NCBI GenBank assembly: GCA_043228905.1
Contig: JBHGNT010000042.1
Location: 62,001-126,000, forward strand
DNA length: 64,000 nt
Source: Azolla caroliniana
Lineage: Eukaryota; Plantae; Polypodiophyta
Reading direction: 5' to 3'
The position numbers and the translations under genes are program-made. Shown piece by piece: positions 1 to 13,500 of the stretch. Position 1 is the first letter of the stretch. Every line of letters begins with the position of its first letter. The notes under the pieces are model-generated. The model saw nothing but the letters and a program-made list of their open reading frames with translations. It made no database searches and was not told the DNA's origin.

Positions 1-3000
1 GTTCAAACATGCGAATCGAAGCTAACAACGCTAGCTATGATATGGAATTAAAAAATCAAGATTTTGAAACTCAGGTCGAGAGACATGAGGAAATTAGCAA
101 ATTTGAGGAGGTAGTGGAGAAGATCGCGTTTGTAAATTAAAATGTTCATACCTGGCTCGTGTGATATCGGATTTCTGTGTTCAAACATTCGAATCGAAGC
201 TAACAACGCTATCTCTAATATTAAATTAAAAAATCAAGATTTTGAAACTCAGGTCGAGAGACATGAAGAAATTAGCAAATTTGAGGAGGTAGTGAAGAAG
301 AGCCTGTTAGTAAATTAAAATGTTCATACCTGGCTCGTGTGATATCGGATTTTTGTGTATAAATATGCGAATCGAAGGTAACAACGCTAGCTATGATATG
401 GAATTAAAAAATCAAGATTTTGAAACTCAGATCGAGAGACATGAAGAAATTTGCAAATTTGAGGAGGTAGTGGAGAAGATCGCGTTTGTAAATTAAAATG
501 TTCATACCTGGCTCGTGTGATATCGGATTTCTGTGTTCAAACATGCGAATCGTAGCTAACAACGCTAGCTCTAATATGGAATTAGAAAATCAAGATTTTG
601 AAACTCAGGTCGAGAGACATGAAGAAATTAGCAAATTTGAGGAGGTAGGGAAGAAGAGCCTGTTAGTAAATTAAAATGTTTATACCTGGCTCGTGTGATA
701 TCGGATTTTTGTGTTTAAACATGCGAATCGAAGCTAACAACGCTAGCTATGATATGGAATTAAAAAATCAAGATTTTGAAACTCAGGTCGAGAGACATGA
801 AGAAATTTGCAAATTTGAGGAGGTAGTGGAGAAGAGCGCGTTAGTAAATTATAATATGGAATCGAAAAAACAAGATTTTGAAACTCAGGTCCAGAGACAT
901 GAAGAAATTAGCAAATTTGAGGAGGAAGTGGAGAAGATCGCGTTTGTAAAGTAAAATGTTCATACCTGGCTCGTGTGATATCGGATTTCTGTGTTCAAAC
1001 ATGCGAATCGTAGCTAACAACGCTAGCTCTAATATGGAATTAGAAAATCAAGATTTTGAAACTCAGGTCGAGAGACATGAAGAAATTAGCAAATTTGAGG
1101 AGGTAGGGAAGAAGAGCCTGTTAGTAAATTAAAATGTTTATACCTGGCTCGTGTGATATCGGATTTTTGTGTTTAAACATGCGAATCGAAGCTAACAACG
1201 CTAGCTATGATATGGAATTAAAAAATCAAGATTTTGAAACTCAGGTCGAGAGACATGAAGAAATTTGCAAATTTGAGGAGGTAGTGGAGAAGAGCGCGTT
1301 AGTAAATTATAATATGGAATCGAAAAAACAAGATTTTGAAACTCAGGTCCAGAGACATGAAGAAATTAGCAAATTTGAGGAGGAAGTGGAGAAGATCGCG
1401 TTTGTAAAGTAAAATGTTTATACCTGGATCGTTTGATATCGGATTTCTGTGTTTAAACATGCGACTCGAAGCTAACAACGCTAGCTCTAATATGGAATTA
1501 AAAAATCAAGATTTTGAAACTCAGGTCGAGAGACATGAAGAAATTAGCATATTTGAGGAGGAAGTTGAGAAGAGCGAGTCAGTAAATGAAAATGTTCATA
1601 CCTGGCTCGTGTGATATCGGATTTCTGTGTTCAAACATGCGAATCGAAGCTAACAACGCTATCTCTAATATGGAATTAAAAAATCAAGATTTTGAAACTC
1701 AGGTCCAGAGACATGAAGAAATTTGCAAATTTGAGGAGGTAGTGGAGAAGAGCGCGTTAGTAAATTAAAATGTTCATACCTGGCTCGTGTGATATCGGAT
1801 TTCTGTGTTTAAACATGCGAATCGAAGCTAACAACGCTAGCTCTAATATTGAATGAAAAAATCAAGATTTTGAAACTCAGGTCGAGAGACATGAAGAAAT
1901 TAGCAAATTTGAGGAGGTAGTGGAGAAGATCGCGTTTGTAAAGTAAAATGTTTATACCTGGATCGTTTGATATCGGATTTCTGTGTTTAAACATGCGACT
2001 CGAAGCTAACAACGCTAGCTCTAATATGGAATTAAAAAATCAAGATTTTGAAACTCAGGTCCAGAGACATGAAGAAATTTGCAAATTTGAGGAGGTAGTG
2101 GAGAAGAGTGCGTTAGTAAATTAAAATGTTCATACCTGGCTCTTGTGATATCGGATTTCTGTGTTCAAACATGCGAATCGAAGCTAACAACGCTATCTCT
2201 AATATGGAATTAAAAAATCAAGATTTTGAAACTCAGGTCGAGAGCCATGAAGAAATTAGCAAATTTGAGGAGGTAGTGGAGAAGATCGCGTTTGTAAATT
2301 AAAATGTTCATACCTACCTCGTGTGATATCGGATTTCTGTGTTCAAACATGCGAATCGAAGCTAACAACGCTATCTCTAATATGGAATTAAAATTAACAA
2401 CGCTAGCTATGATATAGAATTACAAAATCAAGATTTTAAAACTCAGCTCGAGAGACATGAATAAATTAGCGAATTTGAGGAGGTAGTGGAGAAGAGCGCG
2501 TTAGTAAATTAAAATGTTCATACCTGGCTCGTGTGATATCGGATTTCTATGTTCAAACATGCGAATCGAAGCTAACAACGCTATCTCTAATATTAAATTA
2601 AAAAATCAAGATTTTGAAACTTAGGTCGAGAGACATGAAGAAATTAGCAAATTTGAGGAGGTAGTGAAGAAGAGCGTGTTAGTAAATTAAAATGTTCATA
2701 CCTGGCTCGTGTGATATCGGATTTCTGTGTTCAAACATGCGAATCGAAGCTAACAACGCTATCTCTAATATGGAATTAAAAAATCAAGATTTTGAAACTC
2801 AGGTCCAGAGACATGAAGAAATTAGCAAATTTGAGGAGGAAGTGGAGAAGAGCGCGTTAGTAAATGAAAATGTTCATACCTGGCTCGTGTGATATCGGAT
2901 TTCTGTGTTCAAACATGCGAATCGAAGCTAACAACGCTATCTCTAATATGGAATTAAAAAATCAAGATTTTGAAACTCAGGTCGAGAGACATGAAGAAAT

Positions 3001-6000
3001 TAGCAAATTTGAGGAGGAAGTGGAGAAGATCGCGTTTGTAAATTAAAATGTTCTTACCTGGCTCGTGTGATATCGGATTTCTGTGTTCAAACATGCGAAT
3101 CGAAGCTAACAACGCTAGCTCTAATATGGAATTAAAAAATCAAGATTTTGACACTCAGGTCGAGAGACATGAAGAAATTAGCAAATTTGAGGAGCTAGTG
3201 AAGAAGAGCGTGTTAGTAAATTAAAATGTTCATACCTGGCTCGTGTGATATCGGATTTCTGTGGTCAAACATGCGAATCGAAGCTAACAACGCTATCTCT
3301 AATATGGAATTAAAAAATCAAGATTTTGAAACTCAGGTCCAGAGACATGAAGAAATTAGCAAATTTGAGGAGGAAGTGGAGAAGAGCGCGTTAGTAAATG
3401 AAAATGTTCATACCTGGCTCGTGTGATATCGGATTTCTGTGTTCAAACATGCGAATCGAAGCTAACAACGCTAGCTCTAATATTGAATTAAAAAATCAAG
3501 ATTTTGAAACTCAGGTCGAGAGACATGAAGAAATTAGCAAATTTGAGGAGGTAGTGGAGAAGATCGCGTTTGTAAAGTAAAATGTTTATACCTGGATCGT
3601 TTGATATCGGATTTCTGTGTTTAAACATGCGACTCGAAGCTAACAACGCTAGCTCTAATATGGAATTAAAAAATCAAGATTTTGAAACTCAGGTCGAGAG
3701 ACATGAAGAAATTAGCATATTTGAGGAGGAAGTTGAGAAGAGCGAGTCAGTAAATTAAAATGTTCATACCTGGCTCGTGTGATATCGGATTTCGGTGTTC
3801 AAACATGCGAATCGAAGCTAACAACGCTAGCTATGATATGGAATTATAAAATCAAGATTTTAAAACTCAGCTCGAGAGACATGAATAAATTAGCAAATTT
3901 GAGGAGGTAGTGGAGAAGAGCGCGTTAGTAAATTAAAATGTTCATACCTGGCTCGTGTGATATCGGATTTCTGTGTTCAAACATGCGAATCAAACCTAAC
4001 AACGCTAGCTCTAATATGGAATTCAAAAATCAAGATTTTCAAACTCAGGTCCAGAGACATGAAGAAATTAGCAAATTTGAGGAGGAAGTGGAGAAGAGCG
4101 CGTTAGTAAATTAAAATGTTCATACCTGGCTCGTGTGATATCGGATTTCTGTGTTCAAACATGCGAATCGAAGCTAACAACGCTATCTCTAATATGGAAT
4201 TAAAAAATCAAGATTTTGAAACTCAAGTCCAGAGACATGAAAAAGTTAACAAATTTGAGGAGGAAGTGGAGAAGAGCGCGTTAGTAAATGAAAATGTTCA
4301 TACCTGGCTCGTGTGATATCGGATTTCTGTGTTCAAACATGCGAATCGAAGCTAACAACGCTATCTCTAATATGGAATTAAAAAATCAAGATTTTGAAAC
4401 TCAGGTCCAGAGACATGAAGAAATTAGCAAATTTGAGGAGGTAGTGAAGAAGAGCCTGTTAGTAAATTAAAATGTTCATACCTGGCTCGTGTGATATCGG
4501 ATTTTTGTGTTTAAACATGCGAATCGAAGCTAACAGCACTACCTATGATATGGAATTAGAAAATCAAGATTTTGAAACTCAGGTCGAGAGACATGAAGAA
4601 ATTACCAAATTTGAGGAGGGAGTTGAGAAGATCGCGTGAGTAAATTAAAATTGTCATACCTGGCTCGTGTGATGTCCGATTTTAGTGTTCCATCATGCGA
4701 ATTGAAACTAACAACTCTAGCTATAATATGGAATTAGAAAATCAAGATTTTGAAACTCAGGTCGAGAGACATGAAGAAATTAGCATATTTGAGGAGGAAG
4801 TTGAGAAGAGCGAGTCAGTAAATTAAAATGTTCATACCTTGCTCGGGTGATATCGGATTTCGGTGTTCAAACATGCGAATCGAAGCTAACAACGCTAGCT
4901 ATGATATAGAATTACAAAATCAAGATTTTAAAACTCAGCTCGAGAGACATGAATAAATTAGCGAATTTGAGGAGGTAGTGGAGAAGAGCGCGTTAGTAAA
5001 TTAAAATGTTCATACCTGGCTCGTGTGATATCGGATTTCTATGTTCAAACATGCGAATCAAACCTAACAACGCTAGCTCTAATATGGAATTCAAAGATCA
5101 AGATTTTGAAACTCAGGTCCAGAGACATGAAGAAATTAGCAAATTTGAGGAGGAAGTGGAGAAGAGCGTGTTAGTAAATTAAAATGTTCATACCTGGCTC
5201 GTGTGATATCGGATTTCTGTGTTCAAACATGCGAATCGAAGCTAACAACGCTATCTCTAATATGGAATTAAAAAATCAAGATTTTGAAACTCAGGTCCAA
5301 AGACATGAAGAAATTAGCAAATTTGAGGAGGAAGTGGAGAAGAGCGCGTTAGTAAATGAAAATGTTCATACCTGGCTCGTGTGATATCGGATTTCTGTGT
5401 TCAAACATGCGAATCGAAGCTAACAACGCTATCTCTAATATGGAATTAAAAAATCAAGATTTTGAAACTCAGGTCGAGAGACATGAAGAAATTAGCAAAT
5501 TTGAGGAGGAAGTGGAGAAGATCGCGTCTGTAAATTAAAATGTTCATACCTGGCTCGTGTGATATCGGATTTCTGTGTTCAAACATGCGAATCGAAGCTA
5601 ACAACGCTATCTCTAATATGGAATTAAAAAATCAAGATTTTGAAACTCAGGTCGAGAGACATGAAGAAATTAGCAAATTTGAGGAGGAAGTGGAGAAGAG
5701 CGTGTTAGTAAATTAAAATGTTCATACCTGGCTCGTGTGATATCGGATTTCTGTGTTCAAACATGCGAATCGAAACTAACAACGCTATCTCTAATATGGA
5801 ATTAAAAAATCAAGATTTTGAAACTCAGGTCCAGAGACATGAAGAAATTTGCAAATTTGAGGAGGTAGTGGAGAAGAGCGCGTTTGTAAATTAAAATGTT
5901 CATACCTGGCTCGTGTGATATCGGATTTCTGTGTTCAAACATGCGAATCGAAGCTAACAACGCTATCTCTAATATGGAATTAAAAAATCAAGATTTTGAA

Positions 6001-9000
6001 ACTCAGATCGAGAGACATGAAGAAATTTGCAAATTTGAGGAGGTAGTGGAGAAGATCGCGTTTGTAAATTAAAATGTTCATACCTGGCTCGTGTGATATC
6101 GGATTTCTGTGTTCAAACATGCGAATCGTAGCTAACAACGCTAGCTCTAATATGGAATTAGAAAATCAAGATTTTGAAACTCAGGTCGAGAGACATGAAG
6201 AAATTAGCAAATTTGAGGAGGTAGGGAAGAAGAGCCTGTTAGTAAATTAAAATGTTTATACCTGGCTCGTGTGATATCGGATTTTTGTGTTTAAACATGC
6301 GAATCGAAGCTAACAACGCTAGCTATGATATGGAATTAAAAAATCAAGATTTTGAAACTCAGGTCGAGAGACATGAAGAAATTTGCAAATTTGAGGAGGT
6401 AGTGGAGAAGAGCGCGTTAGTAAATTATAATATGGAATCGAAAAAACAAGATTTTGAAACTCAGGTCCAGAGACATGAAGAAATTAGCAAATTTGAGGAG
6501 GAAGTGGAGAAGATCGCGTTTGTAAAGTAAAATGTTTATACCTGGATCGTTTGATATCGGATTTCTGTGTTTAAACATGCGACTCGAAGCTAACAACGCT
6601 AGCTCTAATATGGAATTAAAAAATCAAGATTTTGAAACTCAGGTCGAGAGACATGAAGAAATTAGCATATTTGAGGAGGAAGTTGAGAAGAGCGAGTCAG
6701 TAAATTAAAATGTTCATACCTGGCTCGAGTGATATCGGATTTCTGTGTTCAAACATGCGAATCGAAGCTAACAACGCTATCTCTAATATGGAATTAAAAA
6801 ATCAAGATTTTGAAACTCAGGTCCAGAGACATGAAAAAGTTAACAAATTTGAGGAGGAAGTGGAGAAGAGCGCGTTAGTAAATGAAAATGTTCATACCTG
6901 GCTCGTGTGATATCGGATTTCTGTGTTCAAACATGCGAATCGAAGCTAACAACGCTATCTCTAATATGGAATTAAAAAATCAAGATTTTGAAACTCAGGT
7001 CCAGAGACATGAAGAAATTAGCAAATTTGAGGAGGTAGTGAAGAAGAGCCTGTTAGTAAATTAAAATGTTCATACCTGGCTCGTGTGATATCGGATTTTT
7101 GTGTTTAAACATGCGAATCGAAGCTAACAGCACTACCTATGATATGGAATTAGAAAATCAAGATTTTGAAACTCAGGTCGAGAGACATGAAGAAATTACC
7201 AAATTTGAGGAGGGAGTTGAGAAGAGCGCGTGAGTAAATTAAAATTGTCATACCTGGCTCGTGTGATGTCCGATTTTAGTGTTCCATCATGCGAATTGAA
7301 ACTAACAACTCTAGCTATAATATGGAATTAGAAAATCAAGATTTTGAAACTCACGTCGAGAGACATGAAGAAATTAGCATATTTGAGGAGGAAGTTGAGA
7401 AGAGCGAGTCAGTAAATTAAAATGTTCATACCTGGCTCGTGTGATATCGGATTTCTGTGTTCAAACATGCGAATCAAAGCTAACAACGCTAGCTATGATA
7501 TGGAATTAAAAAATCAAGATTTTGAAACTCAGGTCCAGAGACATGAAGAAATTAGCAAATTTGAGGAGGAAGTGGAGAAGAGCGTGTTAGTAAATTAAAA
7601 TGTTCATACCTGGCTCGTGTGATATCGGATTTCTGTGTTCACACATGCGAATCGAAGCTAACAACGCTATCTCTAATATGGAATTAAAAAATCAAGATTT
7701 TGAAACTCAGGTCGAGAGACATGAAGAAATTAGCAAATTTGAGGAGGAAGTGGAGAAGATCGCGTTTGTAAATTAAAATGTTCATACCTGGCTCGTGTGA
7801 TATCGGATTTCTGTGTTCAAACATGCGAATCGAAGCTAACAACGCTATCTCTAATATGGAATTAAAAAATTAAGATTTTGAAACTCAGGTCGAGAGACAT
7901 GAAGAAATTAGCAAATTTGAGGAGGAAGTGGAGAAGAGCGCGTTAGTAAATTAAAATGTTCATACCTGGCTCGTGTGATATCGGATTTCTGTGTTCAAAC
8001 ATGCGAATCGAAGCTAACAACGCTATCTCTAATATGGAATTAAAAAATCAAGATTTTGAAACTCAGGTCCAGAGACATGAAGAAATTTGCAAATTTGAGG
8101 AGGTAGTGGAGAAGAGCGCGTTAGTAAATTAAAATGTTCATACCTGGCTCGTGTGATATCGGATTTCTGTGTTCAAACATGCGAAGCGAAGCTAACAACG
8201 CTATCTCTAATATGGAATTAAAAAATTAAGATTTTGAAACTCAGGTCGAGAGACATGAAGAAATTAGCAAATTTGAGGTGGAAGTGGAGAAGAGCGCGTT
8301 AGTAAATTAAAATGTTCATACCTGGCTCGTGTGATATCGGATTTCTGTGTTCAAACATGCGAATCGAAGCTAACAACGCTATCTCTAATATGGAATTAAA
8401 AAATCAAGATTTTGAAACTCAGGTCCAGAGACATGAAGAAATTTGCAAATTTGAGGAGGTAGTGGAGAAGAGCGCGTTAGTAAATTAAAATGTTCATACC
8501 TGGCTCGTGTGATATCGGATTTCTGTGTTCAAACATGCGAATCGAAGCTAACAACGCTAGCTCTAATATTGAATTAAAAAATCAAGATTTTGAAACTCAG
8601 GTCGAGAGACATGAAGAAATTAGCAAATTTGAGGAGGTAGTGGAGAAGATCGCGTTTGTAAAGTAAAATGTTTATACCTGGATCGTTTGATATCGGATTT
8701 CTGTGTTTAAACATGCGACTCGAAGCTAACAACGCTATCTCTAATATGGAATTAAAAAATCAAGATTTTGAAACTCAGGTCCAGAGACATGAAGAAATTT
8801 GCAAATTTGAGGAGGTAGTGGAGAAGAGTGCGTTAGTAAATTAAAATGTTCATACCTGGCTCTTGTGATATCGGATTTCTGTGTTCAAACATGCGAATCG
8901 AAGCTAACAACGCTATCTCTAATATGGAATTAAAAAATCAAGATTTTGAAACTCAGGTCGAGAGACATGAAGAAATTAGCAAATTTGAGGAGGTAGTGGA

Positions 9001-10529
9001 GAAGATCGCGTTTGTAAATTAAAATGTTCATACCTACCTCGTGTGATATCGGATTTCTGTGTTCAAACATGCGAATCGAAGCTAACAACGCTATCTCTAA
9101 TATGGAATTAAAATTAACAACGCTAGCTAGGATATAGAATTACAAAATCAAGATTTTAAAACTCAGCTCGAGAGACATGAATAAATTAGCGAATTTGAGG
9201 AGGTAGTGGAGAAGAGCGCGTTAGTAAATTATAATATGGAATCGAAAAAACAAGATTTTGAAACTCAGGTCCAGAGACATGAAGAAATTAGCAAATTTGA
9301 GGAGGAAGTGGAGAAGATCACGTTTGTAAATTAAAATGTTCATACCTGGCTCGTGTGATATCGGATTTCTGTGTTCAAACATGCGAATCGAAGCTAACAA
9401 CGCTAGCTCTAATATTGAATTAAAAAATCAAGATTTTGAAACTCAGGTCGAGAGACATGAAGAAATTAGCATATTTGAGGAGGAAGTTGAGAAGAGCGAG
9501 TCAGTAAATTAAAATGTTCATACCTGGCTCGAGTGATATCGGATTTCTGTGTTCAAACATGCGAATCGAAGCTAACAACGCTATCTCTAATATGGAATTA
9601 AAAAATCAAGATTTTGAAACTCAGGTCCAGAGACATGAAGAAATTAGCAAATTTGAGGAGGAAGTTGAGAAGAGCGCGTTAGTAAATTAAAATGTTCATA
9701 CCTGGCTCGTGTGATATCGGATTTCTATGTTCAAACATGCGAATCAAACCTAACAACGCTAGCTCTAATATGGAATTCAAAAATCAAGATTTTGAAACTC
9801 AGGTCCAGAGACATAAAGAAATTAGCAAATTTGAGGAGGAAGTGGAGAAGAGTGTGTTAGTAAATTAAAATGTTCATACCTGGCTCGTGTGATATCGGAT
9901 TTCTGTGTTCAAACATGCGAATCGAAGCTAACAACGCTAGCTGTAATATTGAATTAAAAAATCAAGATTTTGAAACTCAGGTCGAGAGACATGAAGAAAT
10001 TAGCAAATTTGAGGAGGAAGTGGAGAAGATCGCGTTTGTAAATTAAAATGTTCATACCTGGCTCGTTTGATATCGGATTTCTGTGTTGAAACATGCGACT
10101 CGAAGCTAACAACGCTAGCTCTAATATGGAATTAAAAAAACAAGATTTTGAAACTCAGGTCGAGAGACATGAAGAAATTAGCATATTTGAGGAGGAAGTG
10201 GAGAAGATCGCGTTTGTAAATTAAAATGTTCATACCTGGCTCGTGTGATATCGGATTTCTGTGTTCAAACATGCGAATCGAAGCTAACAACGCTAGCTCT
10301 AATATGGAATTAAAAAATCAAGATTTTGAAACTCAGGTTGAGAGACATGAAGAAATTAGCAAATTTGAGGAGGAAGTTGAGAAGAGCGAGTCAATAAATT
10401 AAAATGTTCATACCTGGCTCGTGTGATATCGGATTTCTGTGTTCAAACATGCGAATCGAAGCTAACAACGCTATCTCTAATATGGAATTAAAAAATCAAG
10501 ATTTTGAAACTCAGGTCCAGAGACATGAA

Positions 10530-13500
10530 GAAATTAGCAAATTTGAGGAGGTAGTGGAGAAGATCGCGTTTGTAAATTAAAATGTTCATACCTGGCTCGT
10601 GTGATATCGGATTTCTATGTTCAAACATGCGAATCGAAGCTAACAACGCTAGCTCTAATATTTAATTAAAAAATCAAGATTTTGAAACTCACGTCGAGAG
10701 ACATGAAGAAATTAGCAAATTTGAGGAGGTAGTGGAGAAGATCGCGTTTGTAAATTAAAATGTTCATACCCGGCTCGTGTGATATCCGATTTCTGTGTTC
10801 AAACATGCGAATCGAAGCTAACAACGCTAGCTCTAATATGGAATTAAAAAATCAAGATTTTGAAACTCAGGTCGAGAGACATGAAGAAATTTGCAAATTT
10901 GAGGAGGTAGTGGAGAAGAGTGCGTTAGTAAATTAAAATGTTCATACCTGGCTCTTGTGATATCGGATTTCTGTGTTCAAACATGCGAATCGAAGCTAAC
11001 AACGCTAGCTCTAATATGGAATTAAAAAATCAAGATTTTGAAACTCAGGTCGAGAGACATGAAGAAATTAGCAAATTTGAGGAGGTAGTGAAGAAGAGCC
11101 TGTTAGTAAATTAAAATGTTCATACCTGGCTCGTGTGATATCGGATTTTTGTGTTTAAACATGCGAATCGAAGCTAACAACGCTAGCTATGATATGGAAT
11201 TAAAAAATCAAGATTTTGAAACTCAGGTCGAGAGACATGAAGAAATTTGCAAATTTGAGGAGGTAGTGGAGAAGAGCGCGTTAGTAAATTATAATATGGA
11301 ATCGAAAAAACAAGATTTTGAAACTCAGGTCCAGAGACATGAAGAAATTAGCAAATTTGAGGAGGAAGTGGTGAAGATCACGTTTGTAAATTAAAATGTT
11401 CATACCTGGCTCGTGTGATATCGGATTTCTGTGTTCAAACATGCGAATCGAATCTAACAACGCTAGCTCTAATATTGAATTAAAAAATCAAGATTTTGAA
11501 ACTCAGGTCGAGAGACATGAAGAAATTAGCATATTTGAGGAGGAAGTTGAGAAGAGCGAGTCAGTAAATTAAAATGTTCATACCTTGCTCGGGTGATATC
11601 GGATTTCGGTGTTCAAACATGCGAATCGAAGCTAACAACGCTAGCTATGATATGGAATTACAAAATCAAGATTTTAAAACTCAGCTCGAGAGACATGAAT
11701 AAATTAGCGAATTTGAGGAGGTAGTGGAGAAGAGCGCGTTAGTAAATTAAAATGTTCATACCTGGCTCGTGTGATATCGGATTTCTATGTTCAAACATGC
11801 GAATCAAACCTAACAACGCTAGCTCTAATATGGAATTCAAAAATCAAGATTTTGAAACTCAGGTCCAGAGACATGAAGAAATTAGCAAATTTGAGGAGGA
11901 AGTGGAGAAGAGCGTGTTAGTAAATTAAAATGTTCATACCTGGCTCGTGTGATATCGGATTTCTGTGTTCAAACATGCGAATCGAAGCTAACAACGCTAT
12001 CTCTAATATGGAATTAGAAAATCAAGATTTTGAAACTCAGGTCCAGAGACATGAAGAAATTAGCAAATTTGAGGAGGAAGTGGAGAAGAGCGCGTTAGTA
12101 AATGAAAATGTTCATACCTGGCTCGTGTGATATCGGATTTCTGTGTTCAAACATGCGAATCGAAGCTAACAACGCTAGCTCTAATATTGAATTAAAAAAT
12201 CAAGATTTTGAAACTCAGGTCGAGAGACATGAAGAAATTAGCAAATTTGAGGAGGAAGTGGAGAAGATCGCGTTTGTAAATTAAAATGTTTATACCTGGG
12301 TCGTTTGATATCGGATTTCTGTGTTTAAACATGCGAATCGAAGCTAACAACGCTAGCTCTAATATGGAATTAAAAAATCAAGATTTTGAAACTCAGGTCG
12401 AGAGACATGAAGAAATTAGCATATTTGAGGAGGAAGTTGAGAAGAGCGAGTCAGTAAATTAAAATGTTCATACCTGGCTCGTGTGATATCGGATTTCGGT
12501 GTTCAAACATGCGAATCGAAGCTAACAACGCTAGCTATGATATGGAATTATAAAATCAAGATTTTAAAACTCAGCTCGAGAGACATGAATAAATTAGCAA
12601 ATTTGAGGAGGTAGTGGAGAAGAGCGCGTTAGTAAATTAAAATGTTCATACCTGGCTCGTGTGATATCGGATTTCTGTGTTCAAACATGCGAATCAAACC
12701 TAACAACGCTAGCTCTAATATGGAATTCAAAAATCAAGATTTTGAAACTCAGGTCCAGAGACATGAAGAAATTAGCAAATTTGAGGAGGAAGTGGAGAAG
12801 AGCGCGTTAGTAAATTAAAATGTTCATACCTGGCTCGTGTGATATCGGATTTCTGTGTTCAAACATGCGAATCGAAGCTAACAACGCTATCTCTAATATG
12901 GAATTAAAAAATCAAGATTTTGAAACTCAGGTCCAGAGACATGAAGAAATTAGCAAATTTGAGGAGGAAGTGGAGAAGAGCGCGTTAGTAAATGAAAATG
13001 TTCATACCTGGCTCGTGTGATATCGGATTTCTGTGTTCAAACATGCGAATCGAAGCTAACAACGCTATCTCTAATATGGAATTAAAAAATCAAGATTTTG
13101 AAACTCAGGTCCAAAGACATGAAGAAATTAGCAAATTTGAGGAGGTAGTGGAGAAGATCGCGTTTGTAAATTAAAATGTTCATACCTGGCTCGTGTGATA
13201 TCGGATTTCTGTGTTCAAACATGCGAATCGAAGCTAACAACGCTAGCTCTAATATGGAATTAAAAAATCAAGATTTTGAAACTCAGGTCGAGAGACATGA
13301 AGAAATTAGCAAATTTGAGGAGGTAGTGAAGAAGAGCTTGTTAGTAAATTAAAATGTTCATACCTGGCTCGTGTGATATCGGATTTTTGTGTTTAAACAT
13401 GCGAATCGAAGCTAACAACGCTAGCTATGATATGGAATTAAAAAATCAAGTTTTTGAAACTCAGGTCGAGAGACATGAAGAAATTTGCAAATTTGAGGAG

